A stretch of 64,000 bases of DNA from Octopus vulgaris (taxonomy: Eukaryota). The position numbers were made by a program, and so were the translations under genes. This document shows, piece after piece, positions 27,121-41,130 of this stretch. Below the pieces are notes generated by a model. The model saw only the letters and a program-made list of their open reading frames with translations. It was not told the origin of the DNA and searched no databases. The stretch is from NCBI GenBank assembly GCA_951406725.2, contig OX597822.1, forward strand, positions 16,864,001 through 16,928,000, read 5' to 3'. Position 1 is the stretch's first letter; each line of letters starts with the position of its first letter.

Positions 27121-29267
27121 CTGCTATTTAGAAAATAGTAAACTTTGTGAAATATTTATCAAGTTCAATTAAACAAAATAATCGTCATTTAGCAATCATT
27201 TTATATTTTATTCCTAATTACATCATAGACCAACAAGGAAGCTTCTAAGGGGTCATTTACCTACAAATCTCCCTCGGGTTTATCTACCTTAGATAAAGCA
27301 GGACAGATTGTTAGAAATAGTCCTAGATATAGTAGTGTTTGAAAAATAAATTGGATGATCACGACTGGAACACTGAGAGATCACAGCCTACCGCCTTCAA
27401 TAAGTCAAGGCTGGCTGCATGGTTAGTCCTGGGTACATTATGTCTGTAAAATAAAACTGGATGGTCACAATTGGAAATCTTTCACTTTTGATCAAAGCTT
27501 AGTGAATCCGAAGCTAAAGAACAACAACGGCTACAACATTTTGCTGTCCGTTGTGCAAATGCCTACAGCCTCAGGCTGACCAACGTCTTGTGGCAGAAGG
27601 TGATATACGAAAACTGGTGTATATGTGTGCTTGTGTGCCTTTGAATTTGTCCTCTCATCGCTTGACAACCGGTATTAGTTTATTTACGTCCTCATAGCTT
27701 AGCGGATTGACAGAAAGAGACGATGGAATAAGTAACAAAGTTTTAAAAAGTACTACAATCGATTTGTTCGATTAAACCCTTCAAAGTGGTGCCCCAGCAT
27801 GGCCACAAATAAAAGGGATTACTGCTCTTTCTTGGGGCGCACTTCATCTCGTATTCCTATCGAATTAGTCCCTATATTGTACGCTGGTCTCTTCTGTTGA
27901 CAACATATACTTCTTCCTTCCTTCCTTTTCCTAAATTGGAACTGTTTGACGAAGCTAAAAATCAATACTAATGCGTAGTTCAGAAACTTCACCTCTACAT
28001 TTAGCAACACTTCGTCTCTTGTAATCTCACTTTCAGAAAATTGCCATTCCTATAATTTTTCTGATGTGATGAAAACTCGGTGTGAACAATTCCTCAGTTT
28101 TAAGATTCGCACTTAAGAACTGCTCTGAATATAAAACTGTTTAAACGATACTTCTAAATTATATTTAACCAAGCACGCGCCAGTTGACATCTGTCACGTA
28201 ATCACAATAATAGATGTGCGCGTGTGTCTTGTGCGTTGTGCGCATGTGCATGTAAGTCAGCACTTGTTTGTATGTGTGTATAACAGAGAAAATGTGTATT
28301 AGAAATCAATATCTGTAATTATATGATAAATCAATACATACGCTGAGTTCTACTGTTATATAGAAGTTAATTTATTTTTATGGATGGTTCTTACTCGGTT
28401 TCAATTCCTACTCGGAAACACATTCACCTCATAACTTCCAATTTGTTCACCTTCATGAAAGTGAGAATGATGCGATATATTTCTAAACAAACATATCTAT
28501 ACACCAGCATATCACTGCATCTATCAGACTATCAAATGTTCTTATACACCGCTAGCCACAACACTCTTCTTCACACTGTTTCAGCCTTCCTATGATGCCA
28601 CCTTGTTTGATATATGTACATATTTCTAGGGTGGGTAAAATTCCTGAGAGTTCTCTCCAGCTGTCTTTGTCCTTCATCATCGCTGCCATGTCCTGTGTCT
28701 CCCAGAGACCAGTGTCTGTCCTTAGGGCATCAACATATGTCATCCTCGGTCTCCCTTTTCTAGTGTCTTTATGTAGGGGATTCCACAGCAGCACTGAATG
28801 CAGTATCAACTCTGAATAACAATGAACATGTCCAGCTAACCTCAGTCTCCTCTGTGTTATTTTCAAGCTAACTTTCGGGAGGCTCTCCTACAGCTTTGAG
28901 TTCTTCATCCTCAGTCTATACTGATTAATGTCCAGAGCCATCCTCAGCATTCTCGTGTAGCACCCATCCACCATCTGAGTGAGTTTCTTAGTCAGTTTCC
29001 AAGTCTCAAACCCGTATAACATCACAGCCTCCACTGCAGCAACGAAGAGGTCCGACTTCCATACAGATCTCAAAGCTATGGCATGCCGCCCAGGCTTTGC
29101 TCTTCCTCTCAACTACATCCCCCTCTGTGTTCCCAATCTTTGCTCCCAGATACAGAAAGTCCTCAACCAACTCTAGTGGCTTCCCGCTAATCCTCTATGG
29201 TTTCTTAATGTTCTCTACCAGATACTTCGTCTTAATCTCATTCATTGTCAGCCTCCACACTCATCGA

Positions 29268-29517
29268 GTGGAGGCGCGTGACTTAGTGGTTAGGGTGCCG
29301 GCATCATTATCGTAAGATTGTGGTTTCGATTCCTGGACCGGGTGACGCATTGTGTTCTTGAGCAAAACACTTCATTTCATATTCCTCTAGTCCACTCAGC
29401 TGGCAAAAATGAGTAACGCTGCGATGGACTGGCTGGGGAACACATACGCCATAGAAACCGGGAAACTACTGAGCCCATGAGCCTGGCTACGCTTTAAAAG
29501 GGCGCATTTATTTATTT
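29268..29517 (+). mobile_element. tRNA-derived SINE (Meta-domain-like), (TTTA)n tail
   Basis: TGACTTAGTGG A box, GGTTTCGATTCC B box, TTGAGCAAAACACTT...GTCCACTCAGCTG. Confidence 0.85.
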
Positions 29518-29833
29518 GTGGAGGCACGTGGCCTAGTGGTTAGAGCAGCGAACTCGCGGTCGAGGGATCGTAGGTTCGAATCTCAGACCGGGCGAGGTGT
29601 GCGTTTATGAGTGAAACACCTAAGCTCAACGCTGCTCCGGCAGAAGGTAATGGCAAAATTCTGCTGAATCTTTCGCCACAACTTTCTCTCACTCTTTCCT
29701 CCTGCGTCTTGCAGCTCACCTGCTACGGACCGGAGACCCGTCCAGGTGGGAAATCTGTACGCCAAGAAACCGGGAAACCGGCCCTGATGAGCCCGGAGTG
29801 GTTCCAGAAGGAACAAACAACAAACAACAAACA
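29518..29833 (+). mobile_element. tRNA-derived SINE, (AAAC)n tail
   Basis: TGGCCTAGTGG A box, GGTTCGAATCT B box; same family as 746-990 and 57380-57570. Confidence 0.85.
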
Positions 29834-30290
29834 ACACTCATCGACACAGTGTCCACATCCTGCATCAACTCCTCTGTTCCCCCTCACTGTGTTTGTCACC
29901 AGAACTATATCATCATTAAATCCAGCATCTGATATCTTTTTAGCCCTCACCCTCCTGTTCTGAGCCGACGCTAAAGTAAAGCCAGAACCTGGTGTTTCTT
30001 CAACGCAAGGCGCATACAGTAATCCGCTACGATAATAAAAAGGAAGGGAGAGCCAATGTATCTCCTTGGAGCACTCCAGCCAGTATTTTAAAGCACGCCG
30101 TCATCCCGTTAGGTGTAACGGGCATTGGTGTTGGTGGAGAGCAGGGATATCAAGCCCACTGTCTTTTTGGTGATTCCATAAAGCCTGTAAGATCTTCATC
30201 AGGCATTGACGATCCACAGAATCAAAGGCCTTCATAAAGTCAATGAAAGCTATATATATATATATAAGTATATATGCCATTTATATATAC

Positions 30291-30326
<36 letters not shown>

Positions 30327-30375
30327 GTGTGTGTATATATATATATACGTATATATACATACATACATACATACA

Positions 30376-30438
<63 letters not shown>

Positions 30439-31820
30439 TTAGAAAGATATATATATATATATATATATATATAAAGCCTCACCTTGCTTGAAGTTTCTTT
30501 GGTGCATATAAATGTTCACATCGTCGCTTTGCATTAATGAAAAGTCTTTCTAGACTTTTAATAACACAAACACTGTAATATTTAGTTAAACTTATTTCTT
30601 AATATGGCAAATATTTCGTCGCGCTTCTGCGACCTAGTTATTGACACACTTCGACTGAAAGTATTGAAAACCAATTTCCTGGTGAGTTCCAATAAAGCCG
30701 GTGGTGTAGCTTGCTCTATTACTTTCTATATTCGCTATTTTTCAATCTTTTCCTTGATTCAATCATTATACTGTAAACGTACTGGGGCTTGAATGGGGCG
30801 CTCAAGTCAACTCCAGGACTATTTTTATGTCTGATACTTATTCTATCGGTAACGTTTGTCAAATCGCTAGATTACGGAGACGTAAACAAACCAATACCAA
30901 TTTTCAAGTGATGGTGGAATGTATATATATATATAAGACATTTGAAACGGTCGTAGGTGGAAATGAAATTCTAATATGAACTTTTAGCATCTTCTCTTCT
31001 CTTTTCTAATTGTTAGTAGTGTTTTATATAATATTGTATCTTATTCATGCCTATAACAAACTGTTTACTTATATATATATATCCCCGCAGTCCGGCTACA
31101 ACATTATGCTGTCCATTGTGCAAATGTCTACAGCCTCAGGCTGACCAATGTTTTGTAGGAGAAGTTGATATACGAAAACTGGTGTATATGTGTGCTTGTG
31201 TGTCTTTGCATTTGTCCTCTCATATATATATATATATCTCCACAGTCCGGCTACCAAATTCACTCATTTGTTTGTTTGCGTATATGTATGCTTATGTGAC
31301 TTTGCGCGAGCGTTGGTGTGCGTGTGTTTGCTAAACATCGGACTTGGACGAATCTTATATTGGCGTTAGAGTAAAAGTTAGAAGAATATCAATTCTGATG
31401 TGAACTTTTGACACCTTATGCCTATCGCCAGCTTCACATTCGATTCCTTGTCTTCATTCAGTTTGTATTTATATATTTATTTCTTTATTCAATTCATTGT
31501 CATTATTTCTGCTCTTCCTTCTATAAATAGTTATTTATGAATAGTAAAATTTCTTCTCTAACAGTGAAGACTGGTTTTAAAACGTTTGGAGACAACATTA
31601 CTTGTTATGTTTTTACATTTATCTCCAAAGTAGGTTTGAAATATTTACTAAAAGGACAAGCCTATTAGCCTTAGAGTCTTGCTAAGTGGATATATTTAAC
31701 CACATATAATAGAAAAAATGAAACAAAATAAAATAAAACAATTACAACATGAATTACACTTATGTATATTTTTATTGCTGTATACCAGTGATGCATAAAT
31801 ATATACAAACATGTTTTATA

Positions 31821-32046
31821 TACATGGAGGCCCAAATGTAGGTTTACAGTTATTACGTAGGCACTTTAAATTTCTTTTAAAGCATTATATTACTGAGAAA
31901 CTGAAAGGGAACTTGACGAATTTAACTAAATTAGCAAAGAATAATGGTTTCATATTTTTTTTTTATAATTGATATGTCAAATGTTAATATATGAATGCGA
32001 AAGAGATAGCTGAATAATTGTAAACCTACTTTGGGGCCACTCTCTA
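31821..32046. mobile_element. Tc1/mariner-type MITE
   Basis: TIRs TACATGGAGGCCCAAATGTAGGTTTACAGTTATT / AATAATTGTAAACCTACTTTGGGGCCACTCTCTA, TA ends. Confidence 0.75.
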
Positions 32047-32245
32047 TATTATGTGTGGATATACATGTATATTTTGTGTTTATATATAATGTTGTTGGCA
32101 TACTTTTTGTCTCAGGCATCACACACATATATATGTACCAATCACTAAAGGACAATTGGTAAAAATCACCTCGGCAAGGTTTGAAATCAACAAAATGAAA
32201 ATGACAATTATTGCACAACACTCTGTACGAGCCGGGTAATTATCT

Positions 32246-32306
<61 letters not shown>

Positions 32307-32802
32307 TGTAAATACGTAACCAGAATGGACAGGTATCAATACATTGCGGCCGTTTCAAGCAGCTCCATTTAATTGATCAATGAAAACATTACATCAATTT
32401 GAAAGAAATCGCTCTGTTCAGAAGCAGATGACCGTATAGATTTCGATATAAAGAATAAACCATTTTAAACAAATTTACAGCAAATTTACAGCAATAATAG
32501 AAACCAAAATAATTGCATTATTTCCTTATGTTATATCTGTAGCAGGACTGTTCCGAACTGGCAAGGTGCCTCAAGTTAAATACCTAAAATGAATCTTAAT
32601 TATATATATATATATATACTCGTATATGTACTCGTATGTATGTGTTAGAGGTTAGACAACCATCTAAGGGATAAAAAAATATCCAATATGCTACTGGGAG
32701 TATACCTATATATATTCAAAAACTTACTGTTGCAAGGCAATAATACAAGTGAATAATTGTTATGTGTGGAGGTAAACAAATGTTTAACTAGCATTTTTAA
32801 GG

Positions 32803-33599
32803 TAAGGAAGAAAATGGAGAAGGTAATTAATTGAAAAACATCAGCTTACAAACATCTGCTAGATATCCATTTATTAATTAACTACAATCATATGAATATG
32901 AATAAATAAATAAATAAATAAATAAATAAGGATAAACGAGTGAATATAACTCTACTTTTACAGGTGTTTCTACTTAGGGAGCCCAGCATGCCAAAGTTGA
33001 CACCAATATTACACAAAGATTGTACAAACATTGAACAAAAATTGGACAAGAATTGAACCCCAAAGCTTCATCAGAGAGTCCATAATGGCAAGAATTAAAC
33101 AAGTAAAAAGTAAAATAAAATAATAAAGACAAAATAATAAAAATACTAAAGAATAGTAAAAAGTAAATTCCAAGATAATATCCAGAGTTTGTGAGATCAC
33201 ATCTTATTTCAATCTAATGGGGGACATAGTAGAAATAAAACGTTATAGGGTGGGGTTAATGGAATATTATCTTGGAATTTAGTTTTTAATATTCTTTAGT
33301 ATTTTCATTACTTTACTTTTTTACTTGTTTAATTCTTGCCATTATGGACTTTCTGATGAAGCTTTGGGGTTCAATTTCTGTCCAATTTTTGTTCAGTTTT
33401 TGTACAAGCTTTGTATAACATTGGTATTTGCCAAATTTGGCATGCTGCTCCCCGCCCCACAATTAGAAACAGCTGTAAGAGCAGAGTTATAATCACTCAT
33501 TTATTCTTATTTATTTATTTATTCATATGATTGTAACTAATTAATAAATGGATCTAGTTGATGTTTGTCAATTAATTATCTTCTCCATTTTCTTCCTTG
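32803..33599. repeat. Large inverted repeat (about 350-380 bp arms, about 75 nt spacer); each arm holds a split hammerhead core
   Basis: CCCCAAAGCTTCATCAGAGAGTCCATAATGGCAAGAATTAAACAAGT versus ACTTGTTTAATTCTTGCCATTATGGACTTTCTGATGAAGCTTTGGGG. Confidence 0.9.
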
Positions 33600-33602
33600 C
33601 TT

Positions 33603-33646
<44 letters not shown>

Positions 33647-33685
33647 GAAATGAATAAGAAAATGCACGTTGGATAGGTGTCAGCA

Positions 33686-33764
33686 CATTACAGCTGTTTC
33701 TTACGTAACTTTTAATGAAGAATGAGTCCGTGACATCATTATAAAAGACCGTAGTCATCAGATG
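33686..33764 (-). ncRNA. Type-I hammerhead motif, canonical core, long helix II
   Basis: CAT-CTGATGA-C-TACG...CGTA-A-GAAAC-AGCT-GTA-ATG. Confidence 0.65.
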
Positions 33765-36084
33765 AGAACATAATTTTTACAGAACGAAGAGATATCTCAG
33801 GAATACAGCAGAGATGTGTCTGTCGAGGCCGAGCTATGGAAAAGGAAATGACCAACAATGTTAGCCGTTAGAGGTAGTTCTTGAGAAAATACAGTACGAA
33901 ATTTAAGGTCAGGGGTCCGGGAAAGAAGGAGTCAGTAAAACTAGAGCAAGTGTAGACTTGAGTGGGTATTTTGAAGATAATTTATCGCAGGGTATGAAAA
34001 GGTGGTGCCTAGGGATGGGGCTCATGAAAAGCTATTAAGGGGAAAAAACAAGGAGATAAATGAATCAATCGTAGGGTGAAAAAAATAATAAAAATAAAGA
34101 AATAAAAAGAAAAAAGATATTAACTGTAAAGATAAAATGCAAATGAAAAACACGGAAAATAAATAAAATAAAACCATAATACAGTAACAATATAGAAGTC
34201 GATTCAGAGTAGGGCCGGGGTATAGAAAATGCAGCCACTTCTCATCTTTTAAATTGCTGCAGGACGTCTCTAGCAACGAAGACAAAAGACGACAATGTTA
34301 AATTTGATTTAAGTATGGATATAATTAGGGTCACAATAGATGCGGATGCGGACTTTGTTGCATGGAGCTATTCGAAGTTGTAAAAAGATTTAATAGTGAA
34401 AATCTACTAAATAAAAAACTAGACCTTCGCCTTTCCTGTATACGTAGGTTTATCCTCACGTTTAAATAAGGCATTAAACAACCTCGATAATAGTCCCAAC
34501 CCTAGGTCCATTCCTAAACGTACAGCCCTTTAATCTACCTTTTAGTCTCATGTTTTCCACCATCCCCCTTTTTACCTGTACCCCGGCCAACCGCTCTTAT
34601 TATACTTGATTAGTATACTATATCGAAGGAACATACCTTCCTATCTGTCTTGTACCTGGTTTTATGCAATAACGATCACAATGATAGTTAACCAACAGAG
34701 AGTTCTGCCCAGCGCTTACAATTTAGTAGACAGAACTTCTTACCTACGAATATCGTCTTGACTTACCTCCCCCCATTCACTCTAAGTTGATAATACCATC
34801 CAAAGTTTGATATCGCCACCCCTTTAACATTCCACTGTTATTCTTTAGACTACTCCCTTTGATTGGCTTCCCCTGGTATGCGATCTACTTTTTTTTCCTC
34901 TGACCCCTTACTAGGTGTAGCTCATCTAAAGCCACCCGAGAATTTTGAAATTATTTTTTTATTGTAAATTTTAACTCCTTAAGTTGCCTTCTTCTAACTA
35001 CAAATGCAAAGAAAATATTTGGCGTTAATGAAAGTTCTCGGATAGGCATGCAAGAGAGACAACTTTGAAATTCAAATTCATTTAAAATTATAATAAAAAC
35101 CAATATACAGAATTGGTTTTAATTAATTCGTCGTAAGACGGGACACTGTCACATTATGGTTAGTGAGGTAAGTCATACTATCTTATGATCAAGGTGAGTC
35201 ACAAATAAGAATGGTGATTCGTCTTCTTTTGTAGTATGTAACTTTATATATTTGTTTAATGCATAAAAATAGAATTTTCAAAGATAGGCAGATTCCAGCG
35301 ATGTTTAAATGAACGTTAAAAGTGGATAAAATGAATTATCTTTGCGATCTTAAACGTGATTTTATCACCAACGCTAAACGTGTCAGCTTCATTTAAATCC
35401 TCTCACTCATTCTTCTTACTTTTTCGCTTTCTGTCTTTCTCCCTCTCTCTCTCGATCTCTTTCTTTCTCTTACTCTTCCACTCACTCTCCTTTTCTATCT
35501 ATCTATCTGCCTATCTGTCCATCTACCTATCTTACTTTCTATCTATCTATCTTTCTATCTATCTCTTCCTCCATCAGGCATTTTATCCACGTGATTATAT
35601 AAGGTTATATGAGAACTCTGTACAAACACATACACATATATGCATGCATTTATTTATACATACATACATACATACATACATATATGTGTGTGTGCATGTG
35701 TGTATGTATTATGTATGTATAAACATATGTGTACATACACTCAAATACAAATTACTCACATACATACATACATACATACATACATACATACATACATACA
35801 TACATACATACATACATACACGACTAGCTAATTGATGTTGCCTAAATTCCAGTGAAACCGCCTTCTTTCTTGGTTGGAATTCGGTGAGAAAATTTTAAAA
35901 ATATAACCAGAACACACATAAATACACACACATGCCAACAGTTTTTGAATGGAAACGGTGGTGACAAGGTATTATTCGTTGGCATGCACGCTGCTGAATT
36001 CGTTTCGTTCAGACAGGATTAAGGTCGACGAGGGATGGATTATGTCTGTTTGGATGATTGGAGGGGGAGGCAGAGGAGGATGAA

Positions 36085-36207
36085 CGGGTGGGTGGATGGA
36101 TGGATAGATGGATGGATGAACGGATGGATGGATGGATGGATGGACGGATAGGGATGGATGGATGGATGGATGGATGGATAGACGGATGGATGGACGGATA
36201 GGGATGG

Positions 36208-36243
<36 letters not shown>

Positions 36244-36295
36244 ATGGATGGATGGATGGATGGATGGATGGATGGATGGATGGACGAGTGGGTGG

Positions 36296-36331
<36 letters not shown>

Positions 36332-36395
36332 ATGGATGGATGGATGGATGGATGGATGGATGGATGGATGGACGGACGAGTGGGTGGATGGGTTG
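36085..36395. repeat. (GGAT)n tetranucleotide repeat
   Basis: Direct reading. Confidence 0.95.
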
Positions 36396-38827
36396 ATGAC
36401 TCGTTCGCTCTCTCATCTGCTCTAAATGACTGCTTTTAAAGTTAATATGTTGTGAATTGTGCAGTCTTAAACCATGAGTACCCCGGGAAGTTTCCCAAGG
36501 GTTCCACTTGTATAGGGGCCCTTTGCTAATCTATATACATACTGTGGAATACATGTAGGTGCGTATATATCGGGGCGTGGGTACATTTCTTTCCTGAAGG
36601 ATGTATAATGCTGGTGTGTGGGTCCTTTTCTTTTCAAGTCAAAAGCGCCGAACAACAACGAACGATCCTCAGCATCAATGCTTGAGGGTGCGTTTATTAA
36701 TCTAGGGACAAATTGCAATGCCATAAGGACCTGTGAAGAGCATCGATACCGAGAAGAATTAGGAATTTTTACAATTTTCCTGATGTGTAACTTATATCGG
36801 TGAATAAGAAGAGTTGTTAGAGTCTCGAGTAGAACGTCTTGTAAAGTTTACTCCCACGCTCTGCGCTATGAGTTCAAGTCCACCGAGATAAATTCTTTGT
36901 TTTTCATCCTTTCGGAACTTATCAAAAACATGAGACTCAACTCCAGTATGATGAATCTGTGAAAGTGTAGGACCAAATGCTTTGTGGCATTTGTGCAGGT
37001 TCTTCTCTTGTGAGTGCAAATCTCACCCTGGCTGGCTTGGACGGTCGACTAAATCCGTCGCTCAGTTTCACGCTACTCGTTGACATCTCGGGTTCCTTCA
37101 ATGAAGTGCACACTGTTTGCAAGAATCTGGGTCAGGTCTCCGTTTTGAGGATCCCTTCCTCCCTTCTCTCCTCTCTCCCATCAGTCTCAGAGATTATGGA
37201 AAATTCTCTTCAAATTAAAAGATAAAAAAATTAAAATTAAATTATAGATTGAGTCTTAAAGCTGAACTTCGTGAATAAGAAACTCTGTCTGCAACCACGA
37301 AGTTTTGAGTTAAGTCTTACTGTGCGGCCAGCTGCCTACTACTTATAACCTTGTGAGCGAATTTGCATGACGGAAACTGTGTGGAAGCCCGTCGTAGATA
37401 CATACGTGTGTGTGTCATAGCATCTGTGTTTGTTCTGAAGAAATAGCCGATAGAATAAGTACCGGGTTTTAAAATATTTATTGGGCTTTCTAAGTTAAGG
37501 GTGAGACTTTTGAATTCATCTTGGTGTGAAGACAAGATCAAGGGAGGAAATACATTCCAAAATACTTGTCGTGTGACTTCAAATAACAGTGAAAAGGTGC
37601 GAACGAATTTCTCTGACAACTTAATACATAAACACCGAAAGTAATTAACGAAAGGATAATAGTTGCCACCAGTCATGTTCGCTTTCAAAAGATTAGCTGT
37701 GGTTTTATATAGTCTTAAAAAGAAGTGATGATCATCAATGGAATGACTTTGATCGAATGTTTGTTTGATTAGAATTGCCCTTGGGATAAACATCAGACAC
37801 CTATCATATTGCTATTCCTATTTCTTACAAAATTTAGCAAGAAAACAAGGACGCAGTATGTTACAATTCTTTGAGGCGGCGACATTGCAAATGACTGAAA
37901 GATGGCAGTTTGATATGTTGTTCCTGCTGCTGCTGCTGCTGCTGCTACTACTACTACTACTTCTGCTGCTGCTACTGCTGCTGCTGCTGCTGCTAATGTG
38001 AGTTTTGATTCAGTAGACCTACGATCAAAGGTGTTCCGAGCGTGACCATCTGACAGACGGTATACAGTCCATTAAATCCACCACAGCACGTGAATGATGC
38101 CTTATCTTGTCAGCCCCTGCAAGACAATTAAGAAAAATAAGCCCTGGTGAGATTTGAACTCAGAACGTAAAGCGCCATAATTAGATACTGCTGAGCGTTT
38201 TGTCCGATGCTCAAATGAGTCACACGAATCTATCCTAATGTTTAATTAATAAGCTTCTTGTTGGTTTACAGAGATAAATTTAAGTTCTCCTTTGAGCTTC
38301 GAAGCATCTCAGCGGGGGAGCCGCGCCAGTTTTATCAACTTCTACGAGATCAGAAACAGATAGAATCCCCGGGAGTACAATCGCATCTCAATACTTTTTT
38401 GTGGTTGTAAAGTAATTGAAAGTAGCAAACGTCAGCCATGATGATAATGTTTTGGTATATTAGAGAACATTTATCAAATGTCAGAATGCAATCTTAACAT
38501 TAAGACATTCGTTACTAATCACACAACCTATAGCTCTATGTATGTATGTGTGTGTATGTATGCATGTATGTATGTATGGTAACTATATACTATACATGTG
38601 TGTTGGCGAATTTTCTTGCCAACTAATGCTTTTACTTACCATTTCATGGTTCCATTTTACGTAACATCTCTTTTCTTATATTTTTGCTGTGAAAATACTT
38701 ATTTACACAGAGCAAACACATTTATGACTTTTTGTTTTCGTCTTAGCGATTCTCATCTTTCAGACAAAAAGAGTTATTTATAAAACTACTCATTATTAAG
38801 CCATCACTCTATTACATAATAGTTAAT

Positions 38828-38870
<43 letters not shown>

Positions 38871-38969
38871 CATACATACATACATACATTCATACATACA
38901 TACATACATACATATGCGTACAGGACATCGTCAACAGCAAATAACATGAAATACGAAAACATATATATA

Positions 38970-39197
38970 TATGTTTGTGTGTGTGTCTGTGTCTTTCTCC
39001 CCCCACCACACGCCACCATCACTTGACAACCGATGTTGGTGTGTTTACATTCCTATAACTTAGCGGTTCGGTAAAAGAATGAGTACTAGACTTACAAAGA
39101 TTAAGTCCCGGGGTCGATTTGTTCGACTAAAGGCGGTGCACCAGCATGACCGCAGTCAAATGACTGAAACAAGTAAAAGAATAAAAGAATAAAAGAG
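38970..39197 (+). mobile_element. SINE family A 3' half
   Basis: CTTGACAACCGATGTTGGTG...GGCGGTGCACCAGCATGACCGCAGTCAAATGACTGAAAC. Confidence 0.85.
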
Positions 39198-39305
39198 TGT
39201 GAGAAGGTGTGTGTGTGGTGTGTGGTGTGTGTGTGCGTTAAATAAAATGAGAAACGAGGCTAAGGCAGTGTGATATTTATAAAGACATTTATAAAGAAAA
39301 AGGTA

Positions 39306-39353
39306 GTCTTACAGCTGTTTCAGGGATATAAAAGATGTCCCATCATCAGAGAC
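39306..39353 (-). ncRNA. Type-I hammerhead motif, canonical core
   Basis: GTCT-CTGATGA-T-GGGACAT-loop-ATATCCC-T-GAAAC-AGCT-GTA-AGAC. Confidence 0.75.
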
Positions 39354-39821
39354 GATATGAGAGAGTTTCAACGGAAGGAAATAATAGAGTTTATTATATA
39401 AGAAGTTGTTTTAGAAAGGGAGAGATACAAAGGGAAATATGAGAATGAAAATATGTTGGATGTTAAAGCTGTTGTTTCATTGTCCAAGGAATGTGCAGTG
39501 TAGAATGGATAAAGAGGCTTCTTGTTCGTGGCCTGTAAATTCCGATAGTTCATATTTTGTTATTCCAAATGGATATTAATTCCATGTGCTGTTCATTGGA
39601 AGGGATCTTGGAGTGTAAAAACTTAAAGCGCCAACGAATTTGAACCAAACTGTTTTGATCCAAACGAGTAACTCCCAATGAATGTATTGAGCGCCTTTCT
39701 TTCATTTGTCCAATAGTTCATATATGTGCGTGTGTGTGTGTGTGTATGTATGTGTGTGCGTGCGTGTGTGTGTGTGTATGTATGTGTGTGCGTGCGTGCG
39801 TGTGTGTATGTATGTGTGTGC

Positions 39822-39857
<36 letters not shown>

Positions 39858-39952
39858 GTGTGTGTGTATGTATATATGTATGTATGTGTGTGCGTGCGTG
39901 TGTGTGTATGTATGTGTGTGCGTGCGTATGTGTGTGTGTGTGTGTGTGAGTG

Positions 39953-40290
39953 GTGAAGGCGCATGGCTCAGTAGTTAGGGCGTTGAGTCTATTATCATGA
40001 GGTTGTGAGTTCGAATCCCGGACCGGGCTGCGTGTTGTGTTCTTGAGCAAGACACTTTATTTCACGTTGCTCCAGTTCACACAGGTGTAGAAATGAGTTG
40101 CGACGTCACAGGTGCCAAGCTATATCGGCCTCTTTGCCTTTCCCTTGGATAACATCAGTGGTGTGGAGAAGGGAGGTCTGTATGCATGGGCGACTGCTGG
40201 TCTTCCATAAACAACTTTGCCCGGACTTGTGCCTGGGAGAGTAACTTTCTAGGTGCAATCCCATGGTCAGTCATGACCGAAGGGGGTTTC
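39953..40290 (+). mobile_element. Well-preserved tRNA-derived SINE (Meta-domain-like)
   Basis: TGGCTCAGTAG A box, AGTTCGAATCCC B box, TTGAGCAAGACACTTTATTTCACGTTGCTCCAG. Confidence 0.85.
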
Positions 40291-40479
40291 AGCATGGTGA
40301 GAGAGAGATGAATTTTGGTGCGGTTTCTAATGGTTGCGACCCTAATGGTTGAAAAACAAAATTAGTTTTGGTAAGAAATATGGACTCGGGATCGTGGTGA
40401 AGGACTAGATATTCTAAGCCATTTTGACCATTTGTAAGGAATTTATTTCATTTGACTTGGTGTTGACGTGGTGTGAAGC

Positions 40480-41130
40480 TCAAACATAGGAAGGATAAAA
40501 ATCGCGAATGGAATCGTCCAAGATTTCTTTTGAAAATGTCCCTGGTAAGGTGCTGAAGAGAGCAGAGGAAAGAGAGCGCCATCTTAATCCTCCTTCTTAG
40601 TTTCTTTTTTTTTTTTTTTTTTTTTTTGCCCACGTCTATTCAATTGCTTTATCTATAGCAGAAGTATGAACAGCAATGAACAGGCGAAAGACTTGAAGAA
40701 GGATATAATTCTAGAAAGCCGACTCTAAGAAGGAAGGATCGAACGAACGAACGAAGGGAAGAAGGGAGGAAGGGAGGGAAGGAGGGAGGGAATGGGAGAG
40801 AGGTGCGTTGATCAGAGCGGAGTTTGGAGGATTAGAAGAGTGACGGGAAGAGGATGACGAGTTCTTTAGAAGTGTCTGAATGGTGATGGCTTGAAGCCAG
40901 CTTCAGGAAACACAAGCCATTATGGTATCGGTGGAAAAGCCGAGAGAGGAGTCAGTTCCGCTGAAGGTCAAAGGTCGGAGTATGTCTGGGAGTTATTTTA
41001 TATCAATTAGACGGATTGCCTTTTTCGAGATACGGTCAAGGATGCCTGTACGTGCTGCAGCAGCAGCAGCAGCAGTAGTAGCAGCAGCAACAACAGCAGC
41101 ACAGTCTGTATTGATCACCTTAAATATCTG
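40480..41130 (-). mobile_element. Decayed Crack/Jockey-like LINE 3' fragment with microsatellite expansions
   Basis: ILDRISKKAIRLI...FHRYHNGLC...FKRNL. Confidence 0.55.

Larger units (their letters stand above)
28560..30250 (-). mobile_element. RTE-clade LINE fragment (RT and C-terminus) interrupted by a SINE dimer
   Basis: [62 protein letters not shown]. Confidence 0.85.

Noticed and set aside
29518-29592. tRNA gene candidates at SINE heads (also 39953 and 57495-57570)
   Set aside because: A and B boxes are present but there is no proper acceptor stem, and the sequence continues into the SINE body
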